Below are positions 27,777 to 37,661 of a stretch of 64,000 nucleotides of DNA, one piece after another. The DNA comes from Candidatus Moraniibacteriota bacterium (GTDB taxonomy: Bacteria > Patescibacteriota > Minisyncoccia > Moranbacterales > GWC2-37-73). The notes beneath the pieces were generated by a model. That model made no database searches, was not told where the DNA came from, and saw only the letters and a list, made by a program, of their open reading frames with translations. The DNA lies in the NCBI GenBank assembly GCA_035325685.1, contig DAOKZJ010000001.1:160-64159 (forward strand). The letters are read 5' to 3'. Made by a program: the position numbers and the translations under genes. The first letter of the stretch is position 1. Each line of letters begins with the position of its first letter.

Positions 27777-30215
27777 CTACTTTCGCAGCGCCACCGGAAG
27801 TTCTTTTTCCATCTGGGCAATAATTTTTTCCAGCGCCACTTCCGCTTCCTGCCCGCTAAGCGTGCGTTCTTTGGAACCAAGCGTGATGTGCAACGCGTAA
27901 CTCACCGTCCCATCCTTGGAAACAAAGGTGTCGAAAAGCTCCACTTCCCTAACCAGGGGATCGCTTTGCTTGATTATCTTTTCCAATTCAGCCGCTTTGA
28001 GAGATCCGCGCACCTCCAAAGACAGGTCGCGCCGTACATAAGGAAATTTGGGAGCTTCTTCATATTCCCTTTTTTGTCGTGCTGCTGCTTCGCGCCATTT
28101 GTCTATTTCCAATTCGCAAAGAGCCAAGCCTTCCGGAATATCCGCGGCGGCGGCGACAAAAGGATTGACTTCGCCGCAATACCCGAGCGGTTCATCCATT
28201 CCTTCCACTCTTATTTCGGCACTCCGCCCCTTGCGCCAAAAAGATTTCCATTGCCCCGCGGGCGCACCGTCCAGATCGGAAAGGTACCAATCCTTAATCC
28301 CCGCCGCTTCCAAAAGCGCCCCGCAGCTGTGCTTGATTGCAAAAAAGATCTGTCCGCTGCGCACATCCGCAGCAGGAAAACTTTCTTCAGGGATATCCCC
28401 GCTCAAAGCAAGCAGCAGCATTTCCTTTTCCTCTATTTCCCCTTGCGCATTGTACCGGTAAACCCTGCCCTCTTCAAAAGCACGTATCTGCCTTCGGTAT
28501 TTAAGGTTTTCCCTGATCGCCTTGAGCATATTGGGAACCAGACTTGCTCTCATCAAAGAAAGTTCCGGACTTTGCGGGTTTTCAATTTCCACATGCGCTA
28601 CTCCTTCCAATCCGCCCATATTGGCTTCCTTTGGGCCATAAAAAGCATAGTTGTACACTTCGGAAAATTTCTCACCGGCCGCCCAATGCTTGGCTTTGCG
28701 CACAAAAACACGGCGCTCATTAACCTGCGGCGAAGCAACGGAAACCAACGGGGCAGCCGGCCCTATCTTGTCATAACCGGCGATCCGGCCGATTTCCTCA
28801 ATCAAATCTTCCGCGCTAACTACATCCAACCGAAAAGCAGGGACCTGGACTTTCAATTTTGCGCCGCCGGACATAACAACAAAGCCCAAGGAAGAAAGAA
28901 TCCTTTTGGCCTCTTTTTCTTTCAAGACAATGCCCAAGAGTTTTTGGGCCTTTTCCATTTCCAAGGAAAGAAGAGGTGTTTTTTCCTTTTTTAACTTCTC
29001 CATAGCAACCCCCTCCAACTTCCCTCCGGCCGTGTGAGTTATAATTTCCACGCAACGCACCAACGCCTTTTCGGCAATGCTCGGCGATATTCCTTTTTCG
29101 AACCGGAGTGCCGCATCGGTGGCAAAACCGCTACGCATGCGGCTGCGCCTGATCGTGGCCCCATCAAAAGTGGCTGCCTCCAGCACGATATTTTCGGTTC
29201 TGTCACTAACGGCACTTTCTACTCCCCCCATGATACCGGCCAAGGCGATCGCTCCCTTGCTGTCCGCGATTACGATATCTTCCCCGGCGCATAGCGCAGC
29301 ATCGACTCCGTCCAACAAGGAAATCCTCTCTCCTTCCTTGGCCAGACGCACCATTATTCCTCCGGAAAGCTTGTCGGCATCAAAAGCGTGCAGCGGATTG
29401 CCCAGTTCCAGCATCACGTAATTTGTCGCATCCACGACGTTGTTGATCGGTTTTATGCCGCAAGCCCTCAGTCTGCGAACAAGCCAATCCGGCGAAGGGC
29501 CGACTTTCACCCCTTCGATAAGCGCGCAGCTATAAAAAGGCGTTTTGGCGTTTTTGGCAACTGACACTTTTATCTTCTTGCTTTTTTGCGAAAGGGGCTT
29601 TATCTCGTCATAGGCATACTCCATTTTTGTGCCTTCAATGGCCGCTATTTCCCGCGCCATACCGACATGGCTGAGCGCATCATGCGCGCGGTTAGCCAAA
29701 ACATCTATTTCCAAAACGATGTCTTCCAGACCCAGTTGCTTGGCCAAAGATTCACCCACTTTGGCTTTTCGATCCAAGATCATTATTCCGCTGTGATCCT
29801 CGCCCAACCCCAATTCGTCCTTCGCGCACAGCATCCCAAAAGAACGCACGCCGCGGATTTCAGCTTCCTTTATCTCTAATCCGCCGGGAAGCTTGGCACC
29901 CACCAAAGCCAGCGGCACCTTATCGCCCACCGCTATATTATGCGCGCCGCACACGACCGTAAGCGAATCGCGCCTTTTTTGCTCGCTTCCCCAAAAAGAA
30001 AATTTTCCAGCATCGACTTGTACGACCTGCAACCTATCCGCATTCGGATGCTTTGCTATTTCCAATATCTCGCCCACCACCACGTTCTCCAAGGAAGCAT
30101 CCTGCCTGGACATGCCCTCCACCTCAAAAGCATGCATCATGATACGCTCACCAAGTTCTTTGGCGGAAAGAGAGGTGTTTGTAAGCTCCTTGAGCCATTT
30201 ATAGGAATATTTCAT
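27777..30215 (-). CDS. pheT: Phenylalanine--tRNA ligase beta subunit
   Basis: Begins MKYSYKWLKEL, the typical PheT N-terminus, with tRNA-binding, B3/B4, B5 and FDX-ACB regions. The upstream in-frame extension in the track is ignored. Confidence 0.93.
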   Translation of the reverse strand: MKYSYKWLKELTNTSLSAKELGERIMMHAFEVEGMSRQDASLENVVVGEILEIAKHPNADRLQVVQVDAGKFSFWGSEQKRRDSLTVVCGAHNIAVGDKVPLALVGAKLPGGLEIKEAEIRGVRSFGMLCAKDELGLGEDHSGIMILDRKAKVGESLAKQLGLEDIVLEIDVLANRAHDALSHVGMAREIAAIEGTKMEYAYDEIKPLSQKSKKIKVSVAKNAKTPFYSCALIEGVKVGPSPDWLVRRLRACGIKPINNVVDATNYVMLELGNPLHAFDADKLSGGIMVRLAKEGERISLLDGVDAALCAGEDIVIADSKGAIALAGIMGGVESAVSDRTENIVLEAATFDGATIRRSRMRSGFATDAALRFEKGISPSIAEKALVRCVEIITHTAGGKLEGVAMEKLKKEKTPLLSLEMEKAQKLLGIVLKEKEAKRILSSLGFVVMSGGAKLKVQVPAFRLDVVSAEDLIEEIGRIAGYDKIGPAAPLVSVASPQVNERRVFVRKAKHWAAGEKFSEVYNYAFYGPKEANMGGLEGVAHVEIENPQSPELSLMRASLVPNMLKAIRENLKYRRQIRAFEEGRVYRYNAQGEIEEKEMLLLALSGDIPEESFPAADVRSGQIFFAIKHSCGALLEAAGIKDWYLSDLDGAPAGQWKSFWRKGRSAEIRVEGMDEPLGYCGEVNPFVAAAADIPEGLALCELEIDKWREAAARQKREYEEAPKFPYVRRDLSLEVRGSLKAAELEKIIKQSDPLVREVELFDTFVSKDGTVSYALHITLGSKERTLSGQEAEVALEKIIAQMEKELPVALRK

Positions 30216-30265
30216 ATTCGTTTTACAATCTGCGCAAGAAAAGAAAAGCGCAGCCGTTGCATTTA

Positions 30266-31315
30266 TTAGAATTGTTCGGTAAACCTCAGATCTCCACTGT
30301 GGAAAAGACGGATGTCCGGGATGCGACTGCGCATCATCAAAAGCCTTTCCAAGCCGAACCCCCAGGCGAATCCTTGCCATTGTCCGCGCCTGTATCCGGC
30401 AGCGACAAACACTTCCTGGTTGACCATGCCGGCGCCGCCCACTTCCAGCCAGCCGGTATGCTTGCAAGAAGCGCATCCTCGCCCTCCGCAAACCGTACAG
30501 CTGATATCAAATTCAAAGCTCGGCTCCGTAAACGGAAAGAAGCTGGGACGCAACCTCACGGTCACATCCTGCCCAAAAAAACGCGAAAAAAACTCCTGCG
30601 CCACATGCTTGAAGTTGCCCACATTTATTTCTTTATCCACCATCAGCGCCTCGAACTGGTAAAAAGTATGTTCGTGTGTCGCATCCGTCGCCTCGTTACG
30701 AAAGCATTTCCCCGGAGCAATGATGCGCAGCGGCGGCTTATGGGTCTGCATATAACGCACCTGCACCGGCGAAGTGTGCGTGCGCAAAAGAATCCTTTCT
30801 CTCTTTTTCTCCGCTCTGAAATTTGGATTTTCGGATTTTATCCAAAAAGTATCCCATTTGTCGCGTGCCGGATGATCTTTGGGTATGTTGAGCGCGTCAA
30901 AATTGTGCCATTCCGTTTCTATGTCCGGACCATCCGCAACCGCAAAGCCCATCGCCCCGAAAATATCTTCAATTTCTTCCTGAATAAGCGTAAGTGGGTG
31001 CAGATGCCCTCTTTTGATTTTCTTGGCCGGGAGCGTCACGTCCAGATTTTTAGCTGCCGCACCCAACTGCAAGTTCCTGAGCTCTTCTTCCTTTCGGGCA
31101 AAGGCCGCCTCTATTTCCGCCCTCGCTTCGTTGGCTACCTTACCCGCCTCAAAACGCTCCTTTTCTTCCATATCTTTAAGGGAGCGGAGCAGCGCCGTCA
31201 GTTCACTTTTACGCCCGGCGTATTTTACCCGCGCACTTTCCAAATCAGCCAAAGATGAAGCTGCTGCCGCGGCGGCCAATGCCTTGCTTTTGAGATCGAA
31301 GATTTTTTGCTGCAT
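30266..31315 (-). CDS. pheS: Phenylalanine--tRNA ligase alpha subunit
   Basis: Class II motifs (LRTHTSPVQVR, FRNEATDATHEHTFYQFE, GFAWGFGLERL). Start at MQQKIFDL. Confidence 0.95.
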   Translation of the reverse strand: MQQKIFDLKSKALAAAAAASSLADLESARVKYAGRKSELTALLRSLKDMEEKERFEAGKVANEARAEIEAAFARKEEELRNLQLGAAAKNLDVTLPAKKIKRGHLHPLTLIQEEIEDIFGAMGFAVADGPDIETEWHNFDALNIPKDHPARDKWDTFWIKSENPNFRAEKKRERILLRTHTSPVQVRYMQTHKPPLRIIAPGKCFRNEATDATHEHTFYQFEALMVDKEINVGNFKHVAQEFFSRFFGQDVTVRLRPSFFPFTEPSFEFDISCTVCGGRGCASCKHTGWLEVGGAGMVNQEVFVAAGYRRGQWQGFAWGFGLERLLMMRSRIPDIRLFHSGDLRFTEQF

Positions 31316-31528
31316 AAACGTAAAAAAAGAAAAATATGCGCCGCTGCCAAACGGCGACGATACTGTAATACTACCAAGGCACCCCTTGATTTGCAACTGC
31401 CGTTTTTGAGCCAAGGAAAAGTCTTTTTCGCGCTTCTCTTGACTTTAAATTATTTTAGGTGTATAATTAGAGATTACGTCCCCTGGTTACCCAAGTTTTT
31501 TGACAAAAATGAAAGAGAGGAAGAACTC

Positions 31529-32299
31529 ATGCTTTCCAAAACAGCGCTACTTACCCGCAAAGCGGAACATTGTCTCCATAAGCACTGGGAAAAAACGTGC
31601 GCTTGGTGGTCGGAAAAGCCTAATTCCAGGCAAATAATCTGGGCCCTTGCTTGCGCCTCAACCGCTTCCTTGTTGTTTTTATGGATTCATCATTTTTTGG
31701 CTTTCACGATTTTGCGCCTTTGGGCGGATGTGCTGATGCTCCTGCTGAGCATATCCGTAATGATGCTTTTCTTTTTGCTCATAACCAAAACTCTTCGCCT
31801 CAAAAGCGAAGTGGAAAAGGTTTCCGTGAAAGATCCCCTTACCGGGCTGTACAACCGCCGCTTCCTGGAAATGCAACGGGATGCGATAGAAGAGCAAGCT
31901 AGGCGTACCGGACTGCCTTACGGCGTAGCCATGATCGATGTCGACAACCTCAAACCCATCAACGACACTTTCGGCCACGCAAGCGGAGACCGGTTGCTTA
32001 AGGAAGTAGCCGCGCTCATCAAAGGAACTATCCGTAAAAACGACCAAGCCTTTCGCCTGGGCGGGGACGAATTCATGATCATCTGTTTTTTTGGGAAAGA
32101 CGAATCGTCCGACTCCTTCGAAGACAGGCTGCGCGAATCCCTGGGCAGATTTCCCTTCCGCGAACAAGGAGTGGACGTCGTGGCCTCCGCCTCTTTGGGA
32201 GTCGCCATCTGTGTGGATGCGCGAAAAAATTCGCTTGAAAGCGTCATCCATGTAGCGGACATGAACATGTACCGCGAAAAAGCGGCGCGTAAACGCTGA
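31529..32299 (+). CDS. GGDEF-domain diguanylate cyclase with an N-terminal membrane anchor
   Basis: DPLTGLYNRR...IDVDNLKPINDTFGHASGD...RLGGDEF. SD aaAGAGAGGaagaactc-ATG. Two N-terminal TM helices. Confidence 0.85.
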   Translation: MLSKTALLTRKAEHCLHKHWEKTCAWWSEKPNSRQIIWALACASTASLLFLWIHHFLAFTILRLWADVLMLLLSISVMMLFFLLITKTLRLKSEVEKVSVKDPLTGLYNRRFLEMQRDAIEEQARRTGLPYGVAMIDVDNLKPINDTFGHASGDRLLKEVAALIKGTIRKNDQAFRLGGDEFMIICFFGKDESSDSFEDRLRESLGRFPFREQGVDVVASASLGVAICVDARKNSLESVIHVADMNMYREKAARKR

Positions 32300-32360
32300 G
32301 CCCACCGAATACAAAAGGGAGCTGGAAAATATCCAACTCCCTTTTTCCTTTTCAACCTCC

Positions 32361-32636
32361 CTACAAAAGGCCCAGTCTTTTTTTGGCTTCGAATACCTGG
32401 TGGCGGTTCATCTGCCCGCTTTTTTCCATTTGTTCAAGCATTTCCACTATTTGTTTCTTGTTCTTTTGGATGTTGTCTGGCGAAAGCATCTTGCGCATCA
32501 GCGCTTCGCGCTCGCTTGGATTCATCTTCATGATCTTTTTGTACGCGATGCGCTGGAGCATCCCCATATTCTGAGGATCCAGGGGATTTGCGGCAGAGCT
32601 TTCCTTTTTTTTCTTAAACTTGTCCAAAATTCCCAT
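32361..32636 (-). CDS. Hypothetical protein (91 aa)
   Basis: Met- and Lys-rich small ORF downstream of secF. No family recognised. Confidence 0.4.
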   Translation of the reverse strand: MGILDKFKKKKESSAANPLDPQNMGMLQRIAYKKIMKMNPSEREALMRKMLSPDNIQKNKKQIVEMLEQMEKSGQMNRHQVFEAKKRLGLL

Positions 32637-32708
32637 ATCTTATAGAAAAATTCGAATCTTCCTGCCTTGCCAAGATGGCCAAGGAAAGCGGCGGTTCGAA
32701 ATTTTTAA

Positions 32709-33611
32709 TTATTTGTTATGCTTTTTTGCCATCCAGTCCCGACTTGTCACCAAAAGCGAAGAAGCGATAAAGATGGACGAATAAGTGCCGAACGTGATGC
32801 CGATAAGCAATGCCAACGAGAAGTCCCGGATCGATTCGCCGCCGAAAAGATAGATGGCCAGCAGCGTGATAATCACCGTGAGCGAAGTGTTGATCGAGCG
32901 CACGATCGTTTCATTGAGACTGCGATTAACCGTGGCGGCAAAAGTCTTTTCCGGCGAGCGCAACAGATTTTCGCGCGTACGGTCGTATACCACGATCGTG
33001 TCATGTACCGAAAATCCCAAAATGGTAAGGAGCGCGGCCACAAACGGAATGCCCACTTCCACCGAATAAAAATGGCCCAGCGCAGCGAATGCGCCGACCG
33101 TGATAAGGATGTCGTGTACCAGTGCCACTACCGCCAATGCGCCATATTGCCAAGAAGGCACGGGACGCGACACTTTGCGAAAAGCCCAGGCAATATACGC
33201 CATAATTGCCGCAACTGCCCAAAAAATCGCCAACAAAGAATTGCGCTTCAATTCGCCCGAAACGGTCGAATTGATGAAATCCACCCTGAGTCGTACCGCG
33301 TCTGTCCATTTGGCGGAAATTGCTTGCCAGGCTTTCTCGTTAACCGCGTCATCTTCGCTGGCATAGCGCAAAAGGGCGCTGCCGTCACCGGAAGCCTGGA
33401 TGGTAAGACTTTGCAAATTTTCTCCTTGCAAAACCTCGCTTATTTCCGTATTTTGCGGCACGCCGGACGGGAAACGCACTTCCATAAGCGTTCCTCCGGA
33501 AAAGTCGATGCCGAACTTAAGACCCCAGGTGGCAACGCTTAGGATAGCCGCTGCGGTAATAACGAGGGAAAAGGCATAGGCGTAGCGCCTTTTGGAAACT
33601 ATATCTATCAT
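32709..33611 (-). CDS. secF: Protein translocase subunit SecF
   Basis: SecF architecture with six TM helices and conserved FGIDFSGGT. Confidence 0.93.
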   Translation of the reverse strand: MIDIVSKRRYAYAFSLVITAAAILSVATWGLKFGIDFSGGTLMEVRFPSGVPQNTEISEVLQGENLQSLTIQASGDGSALLRYASEDDAVNEKAWQAISAKWTDAVRLRVDFINSTVSGELKRNSLLAIFWAVAAIMAYIAWAFRKVSRPVPSWQYGALAVVALVHDILITVGAFAALGHFYSVEVGIPFVAALLTILGFSVHDTIVVYDRTRENLLRSPEKTFAATVNRSLNETIVRSINTSLTVIITLLAIYLFGGESIRDFSLALLIGITFGTYSSIFIASSLLVTSRDWMAKKHNK

Positions 33612-33616
33612 ATTTT

Positions 33617-35311
33617 TTACTTTTTTTCGGTCTTATTTTCAATATATCCTCCTTTTGCCACATGCATAAACACCCAGGGATGTTTATCCGCCCAATCTCC
33701 GGAAATAAAGCGAAGGATGGTGCGACTCACCACTACCGCCGTAAACATGGACACCACCACGCCCAAAAAGAGCGTGGCCGCAAATCCTTTGACAAATCCC
33801 GTACCCATGCCGTAAAGAATGGCTGCCGTGATAAGTGAAGAAACGTTACCATCTCTGATCGATGTCCAGGCGCGCACAAATCCTTCCTCCAGCGCTGCGC
33901 GCGAAGATCTTCCGCGCCTGAGCTCTTCCTTGGTTCGCTCAAAGATGAGAATGTTGGCATCCACCGCCATCCCGATAGACAAAATGAAACCGGCAATGCC
34001 CGAAAGAGTCAACGTGATGCCCGGAAAAATCTTGAAGATGGAAATCATCAGCGCCGTGTAAATGACAAGCGCCAAAGAAGCGGCCAGGCCTAAAAAGCGG
34101 TAATAGACGACCATGAAAAAGATCACCGTGCCCAGACCAATCGCGCCCGCTTTCAAGCTTTGCCGCAAAGAAGCTTCCCCCAAGGAAGCTTCGATGCTGC
34201 TTTGGCTGACCAAAGTCAAGGGCACCGGCAAAGCTCCCTGGTTGAGATTCTTGGCCAATTCCTTAGCTTCAGTCACGGTAAAGCTCCCGGTAATGACGGC
34301 TTCGCCGTTGGTTATTTCTGTCTGCACGGTGGGGCTGGAAAGGAGTTCGCCGTCCAAAAAGATCGCCAACGGCTTACCGATATTATTCTTGGTAAGCTCC
34401 GCGAACATCTTCGTTCCTTCGTCGTCAAATTTTAAAGAAATTTGCGGCTCACTTATGCCTTGGCTGGCAAAAACCACCGTCGCACTCTTCAGGTTTCTGC
34501 CCGTAAGGCCGGTATCGACGAATTTGAATTCACTGTATTGTTCGGGCGACTGCTTGGCAAACAAGATATGCCTGGCACGCACTTCCTTTTCCTCTCCTTC
34601 GCCGCGCGATTCTTCGAATTTGATAATGTGCCAGCCAAATTGGGTTTCCACCAATTGACCATAGACCTCCCCGGCTTTGAGGTTTTTGCCAAAAAGGACT
34701 TCGTCAAATTCCGGAACAAATGTTCCTTTTTTAACGAAATCCAGATCCCCGCCTTTTTCCTTGGTTCCCGGATCTTGACTCAACTCTTTGGCCAAAGCCG
34801 CAAAATCCTGCCCGGCCAAAGCTTTTTTGAGCGTTTCTTCAGCTTGGGACTTGGCCTCCTCGTTGAGATTATCAAACATCTCCTTTATTTCCGCACTCGG
34901 CTCCCCTTCCTGTTTGAATTCCAACAAAGGCGTTTCTTTTATTTTTTGCTTGGCTTGTTCTATATCCTTTATTCCCGGAAGTTCCACAATGATGCGGTAA
35001 TCATCGCCGCGGCGCGCTGCCTGCACCAATGGTTCACCCACCCCGAACGCATTGACGCGCCTTTCGATCACGTCCTGCGCCCCGCTCAAAGATTCGGAAA
35101 TTTTGTCCGCCTCTATCTTACTCACGTCCGCTTGGTATTCCAGGTGGATTCCTCCTTGCAAATCCAAACCCAAACTGAGTTTCAGCTTGGCAAGGGAATT
35201 ATGAAGATATGGCACCCCCCGAACAGCTTCCGGGTAAGAAACCAAAGCGCTGGCCGCAAAAAGTAGCATGACCAGGGCGAATTTGAGACGCAATTTTGAT
35301 TTGGTATTCAT
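33617..35311 (-). CDS. secD: Protein translocase subunit SecD carrying an inserted parvulin-type PPIase domain
   Basis: SecD signature LGLDLQGGIHLEY and a C-terminal 6-TM SSD-like region. Residues ~160-255 read as a PpiC/parvulin domain (GQDFAALAKELSQDPGTKEKGGDLDFVKKGTFVPEFDEVLF...GEVYGQLVETQFGWHIIKF). Confidence 0.9.
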   Translation of the reverse strand: MNTKSKLRLKFALVMLLFAASALVSYPEAVRGVPYLHNSLAKLKLSLGLDLQGGIHLEYQADVSKIEADKISESLSGAQDVIERRVNAFGVGEPLVQAARRGDDYRIIVELPGIKDIEQAKQKIKETPLLEFKQEGEPSAEIKEMFDNLNEEAKSQAEETLKKALAGQDFAALAKELSQDPGTKEKGGDLDFVKKGTFVPEFDEVLFGKNLKAGEVYGQLVETQFGWHIIKFEESRGEGEEKEVRARHILFAKQSPEQYSEFKFVDTGLTGRNLKSATVVFASQGISEPQISLKFDDEGTKMFAELTKNNIGKPLAIFLDGELLSSPTVQTEITNGEAVITGSFTVTEAKELAKNLNQGALPVPLTLVSQSSIEASLGEASLRQSLKAGAIGLGTVIFFMVVYYRFLGLAASLALVIYTALMISIFKIFPGITLTLSGIAGFILSIGMAVDANILIFERTKEELRRGRSSRAALEEGFVRAWTSIRDGNVSSLITAAILYGMGTGFVKGFAATLFLGVVVSMFTAVVVSRTILRFISGDWADKHPWVFMHVAKGGYIENKTEKK

Positions 35312-35390
35312 AGGATGCATTATAGAATGAGGCGGCAAATAAGGCAAATAAAAGAAGCGGGACAAATTTTATCCCGCTTTTTCCAAAAAC

Positions 35391-35942
35391 TCAGGTCAAC
35401 GCAGTCTTTTTCGGATAACCGCCCAATTCGGCTTCCCCGACAAGTTTGGCAAAGATTGCCTTACTCAGCTCCTCGGCACGCCCCGTTAGGGCCAGATAAG
35501 AAACGCAGCCGCGCCGCAGACTTCTAAGCAATTCTTTTCGACCACGACAAACGGCTTTGAAACTGGCCAATTCCTGATAAGAAAGCCGGTATTCTTTTTG
35601 CCACAACCCCTTTTCTATTTTTTCGTAAAGGACAAGCAATTCACAAACAAGACCGTATTGCTCCGTCAGTTTTTCCAAATAAAGGCCTACCCGCGCCGCC
35701 TTGGACCAAGGGAAAAAATCGATAAATGGGCCCAAGAAAAAAACTTTGCTCTTGGCCTGCGCCAATTCCCCCTTGGCGAAAGAAATTTTCTCTTCCAGAT
35801 GCGCTTTGAGGTCCTCGAAATCACCCCTGAGTCTTAGAAAAAGCTTTCCCCAAAAACAAAGATTCTCCATACATCCTCCCTTGTATGCGCCTTTCGGGCA
35901 AAAATAAGCGCCATCGCCAAGCGATATCGCTTCAAATCCCAT
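35391..35942 (-). CDS. Hypothetical protein (183 aa)
   Basis: ORF from the track. No family recognised. Confidence 0.45.
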   Translation of the reverse strand: MGFEAISLGDGAYFCPKGAYKGGCMENLCFWGKLFLRLRGDFEDLKAHLEEKISFAKGELAQAKSKVFFLGPFIDFFPWSKAARVGLYLEKLTEQYGLVCELLVLYEKIEKGLWQKEYRLSYQELASFKAVCRGRKELLRSLRRGCVSYLALTGRAEELSKAIFAKLVGEAELGGYPKKTALT

Positions 35943-36009
35943 TGTTTGTTCAAAAACAAGAACTGCTTCCAGTATACCTGGGCTAAAATTACACGCAAGC
36001 TTACCCGCT

Positions 36010-36276
36010 TTATTTAACCAAAAACTTCCAGCGACTTTCCAGATCTCGCTCGATCTGCACTAGATCTTCCTCGTCCCGAAAAAAACCGTAGCCGCGTTTT
36101 TCTTCGATCAATCCGCGCACCATATCCCGGTAAGCATCGAAATCCTCTATTCCTTCCTCCTCCACTTTTTCTTTAAGCTCGCGAAAAAGCTGCTGAGAAG
36201 AGTATTCCGCTCCTGAATATTGTATGTTTTCCATATATTTTTTTGGGAAAATACTCCACCTTGGAAATACCCCCAA
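36010..36276 (-). CDS. Hypothetical small acidic protein
   Basis: ORF from the track; the start is uncertain (possibly MENIQYS). Confidence 0.35.
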   Translation of the reverse strand: MGVFPRWSIFPKKYMENIQYSGAEYSSQQLFRELKEKVEEEGIEDFDAYRDMVRGLIEEKRGYGFFRDEEDLVQIERDLESRWKFLVK

Positions 36277-36279
36277 AAA

Positions 36280-36786
36280 TTACCGCTTCTTATGCGGTAA
36301 TACATCCGAAAAAAAACCCTCTTTCCCTTTCCGAGAAATGAAAAGATGTGCTTTTTGAAGAATGCGCCGCGTTCCCTTGGCGCGGACCTTTTGGAGCGCT
36401 TGCTCTATGTTGCTCCAGGAATAAGCTGAATTTTCGTGATCAAGTGTGACCTTTTCGGTATCCGTGACAGTGAGGTAATAAACAGCTTTTTTGCCTATGA
36501 ATATGCCGCGTCCTTCCTCCCGCCGTTCCTTCAATTCGTTTCCCTTGGCGCGATAAGCATAAAAACTGCTCTTCCTGAAACCCAAAGCTCTCTCGATATC
36601 CCTCAGGCCGGTTTCTTCTTGCACCTCGCGTTGAAGCGTGTCTTCTTCCTTTTCTCCTTTTTCCATGTGGCCCTTGGGCAAATCCCATTGACCGCTGCGA
36701 TATTTGAGCAGCAAATAAAGAGGTGTTTCATTTTCGAACCTCACAATGACAGCACCCACTGATTTTTCGAAGGAAATAAACTTCAT
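36280..36786 (-). CDS. NUDIX hydrolase
   Basis: Nudix box GHMEKGEKEEDTLQREVQEETGL. Start at MKFISFEK. Confidence 0.85.
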   Translation of the reverse strand: MKFISFEKSVGAVIVRFENETPLYLLLKYRSGQWDLPKGHMEKGEKEEDTLQREVQEETGLRDIERALGFRKSSFYAYRAKGNELKERREEGRGIFIGKKAVYYLTVTDTEKVTLDHENSAYSWSNIEQALQKVRAKGTRRILQKAHLFISRKGKEGFFSDVLPHKKR

Positions 36787-36847
36787 AAGGACATCATAAC
36801 ATGAAGATGCATCCCGTCCCAGGATGCATCTTTGCACAACTTACAAG

Positions 36848-37249
36848 CTATTTCGCTTTGGTAGTGGCGCTGCGCGATTCGGAATAAGAGCTATAACCGC
36901 TGTCTCCCGAAGCTTTTTTGATCTTAACCTTGAACGAGTATTTCACTCCCGGCTTCAAGTCGTCGATCACCAGCTTCTTGCGCCCTTCGTCTTCGCTAAG
37001 CGTCTTACGGTAAGTACGCGTTTCCACCATGCCGGTGGAATTGTCACGAATCCTTACCTTTATGACAACCCTTTCATCCTCCCGCTCCTCGTACTTAAGA
37101 GGAAGCGTTATGCTCGTGGTCGTCCGCTTAGTTATCTCCTTAATCTTCGGCTTGGACGCAAGTGCTCCAGAAAACGGAGCCAACAATATCGTCATCGCAA
37201 AAGCTGAAACCAATCCCGCCAAAGCGACTTTTCTACTTATGCTACGCAT
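36848..37249 (-). CDS. Secreted fibronectin type III-like domain protein
   Basis: Signal peptide (MRSISRKVALAGLVSAFAMTILLAPFSGALA) and an FN3-like strand pattern (LKPGVKYSFKVKIKK). Confidence 0.55.
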   Translation of the reverse strand: MRSISRKVALAGLVSAFAMTILLAPFSGALASKPKIKEITKRTTTSITLPLKYEEREDERVVIKVRIRDNSTGMVETRTYRKTLSEDEGRKKLVIDDLKPGVKYSFKVKIKKASGDSGYSSYSESRSATTKAK

Positions 37250-37456
37250 AAAATTATGTCGCTTTAGGAAATAAAGTCTTTTCCAGGCCGGATACCGACC
37301 TTTGTTTTAATACCCGGACCGAGAAAACGGTTGCAAATGGGCAACTTTTTCTTTCCTTTCCCTTTTGTCCCCTTGCCCCCAAAGACCCAAGGAATTCCTT
37401 TCTTTTCGTTCGTCAGTTATTACAACTGAGAAGCTTTTTTATTTTCCTCAAAACGC

Positions 37457-37482
37457 CAAAAGCGACGAAAAGTCGCTTTTTT
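37457..37482. terminator. Terminator hairpin distal to secA
   Basis: agcgac-gaaaa-gtcgct with T-runs on both strands (the minus strand reads ...cgtcgcttttggcgtttt). Confidence 0.6.
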
Positions 37483-37498
37483 AAAAACAAACCTCTTG

Positions 37499-37598
37499 CC
37501 GACCCCTTTCCTGGCCGCAACAATTAAAAAACCTTCTCACTTCCCGCAGCACTTTTTGAATTTCTTGTCGCTGCCGCACGGACAAGGATCGTTGCGGC
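37499..37598. repeat. 100-bp direct repeat, copy 1 (duplicate of the secA 3' end plus 3' UTR)
   Basis: Differs at one base from 37662..37761. In one minus-strand frame it still encodes ...[19 protein letters not shown]. Confidence 0.85.
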
Positions 37599-37661
37599 GT
37601 CGTTTCGCTCCTTAAAACCTTGCGGTTTTAATATTTCCACCCCGGGAAAACCCAGGTTTTC

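Noticed and set aside
26453-28994. Long plus-strand ORFs (428 and 411 aa)
   Set aside because: They are antisense to the HARE-HTH gene and to pheT.
30257-31258. 333-aa plus-strand ORF
   Set aside because: It is antisense to pheS.
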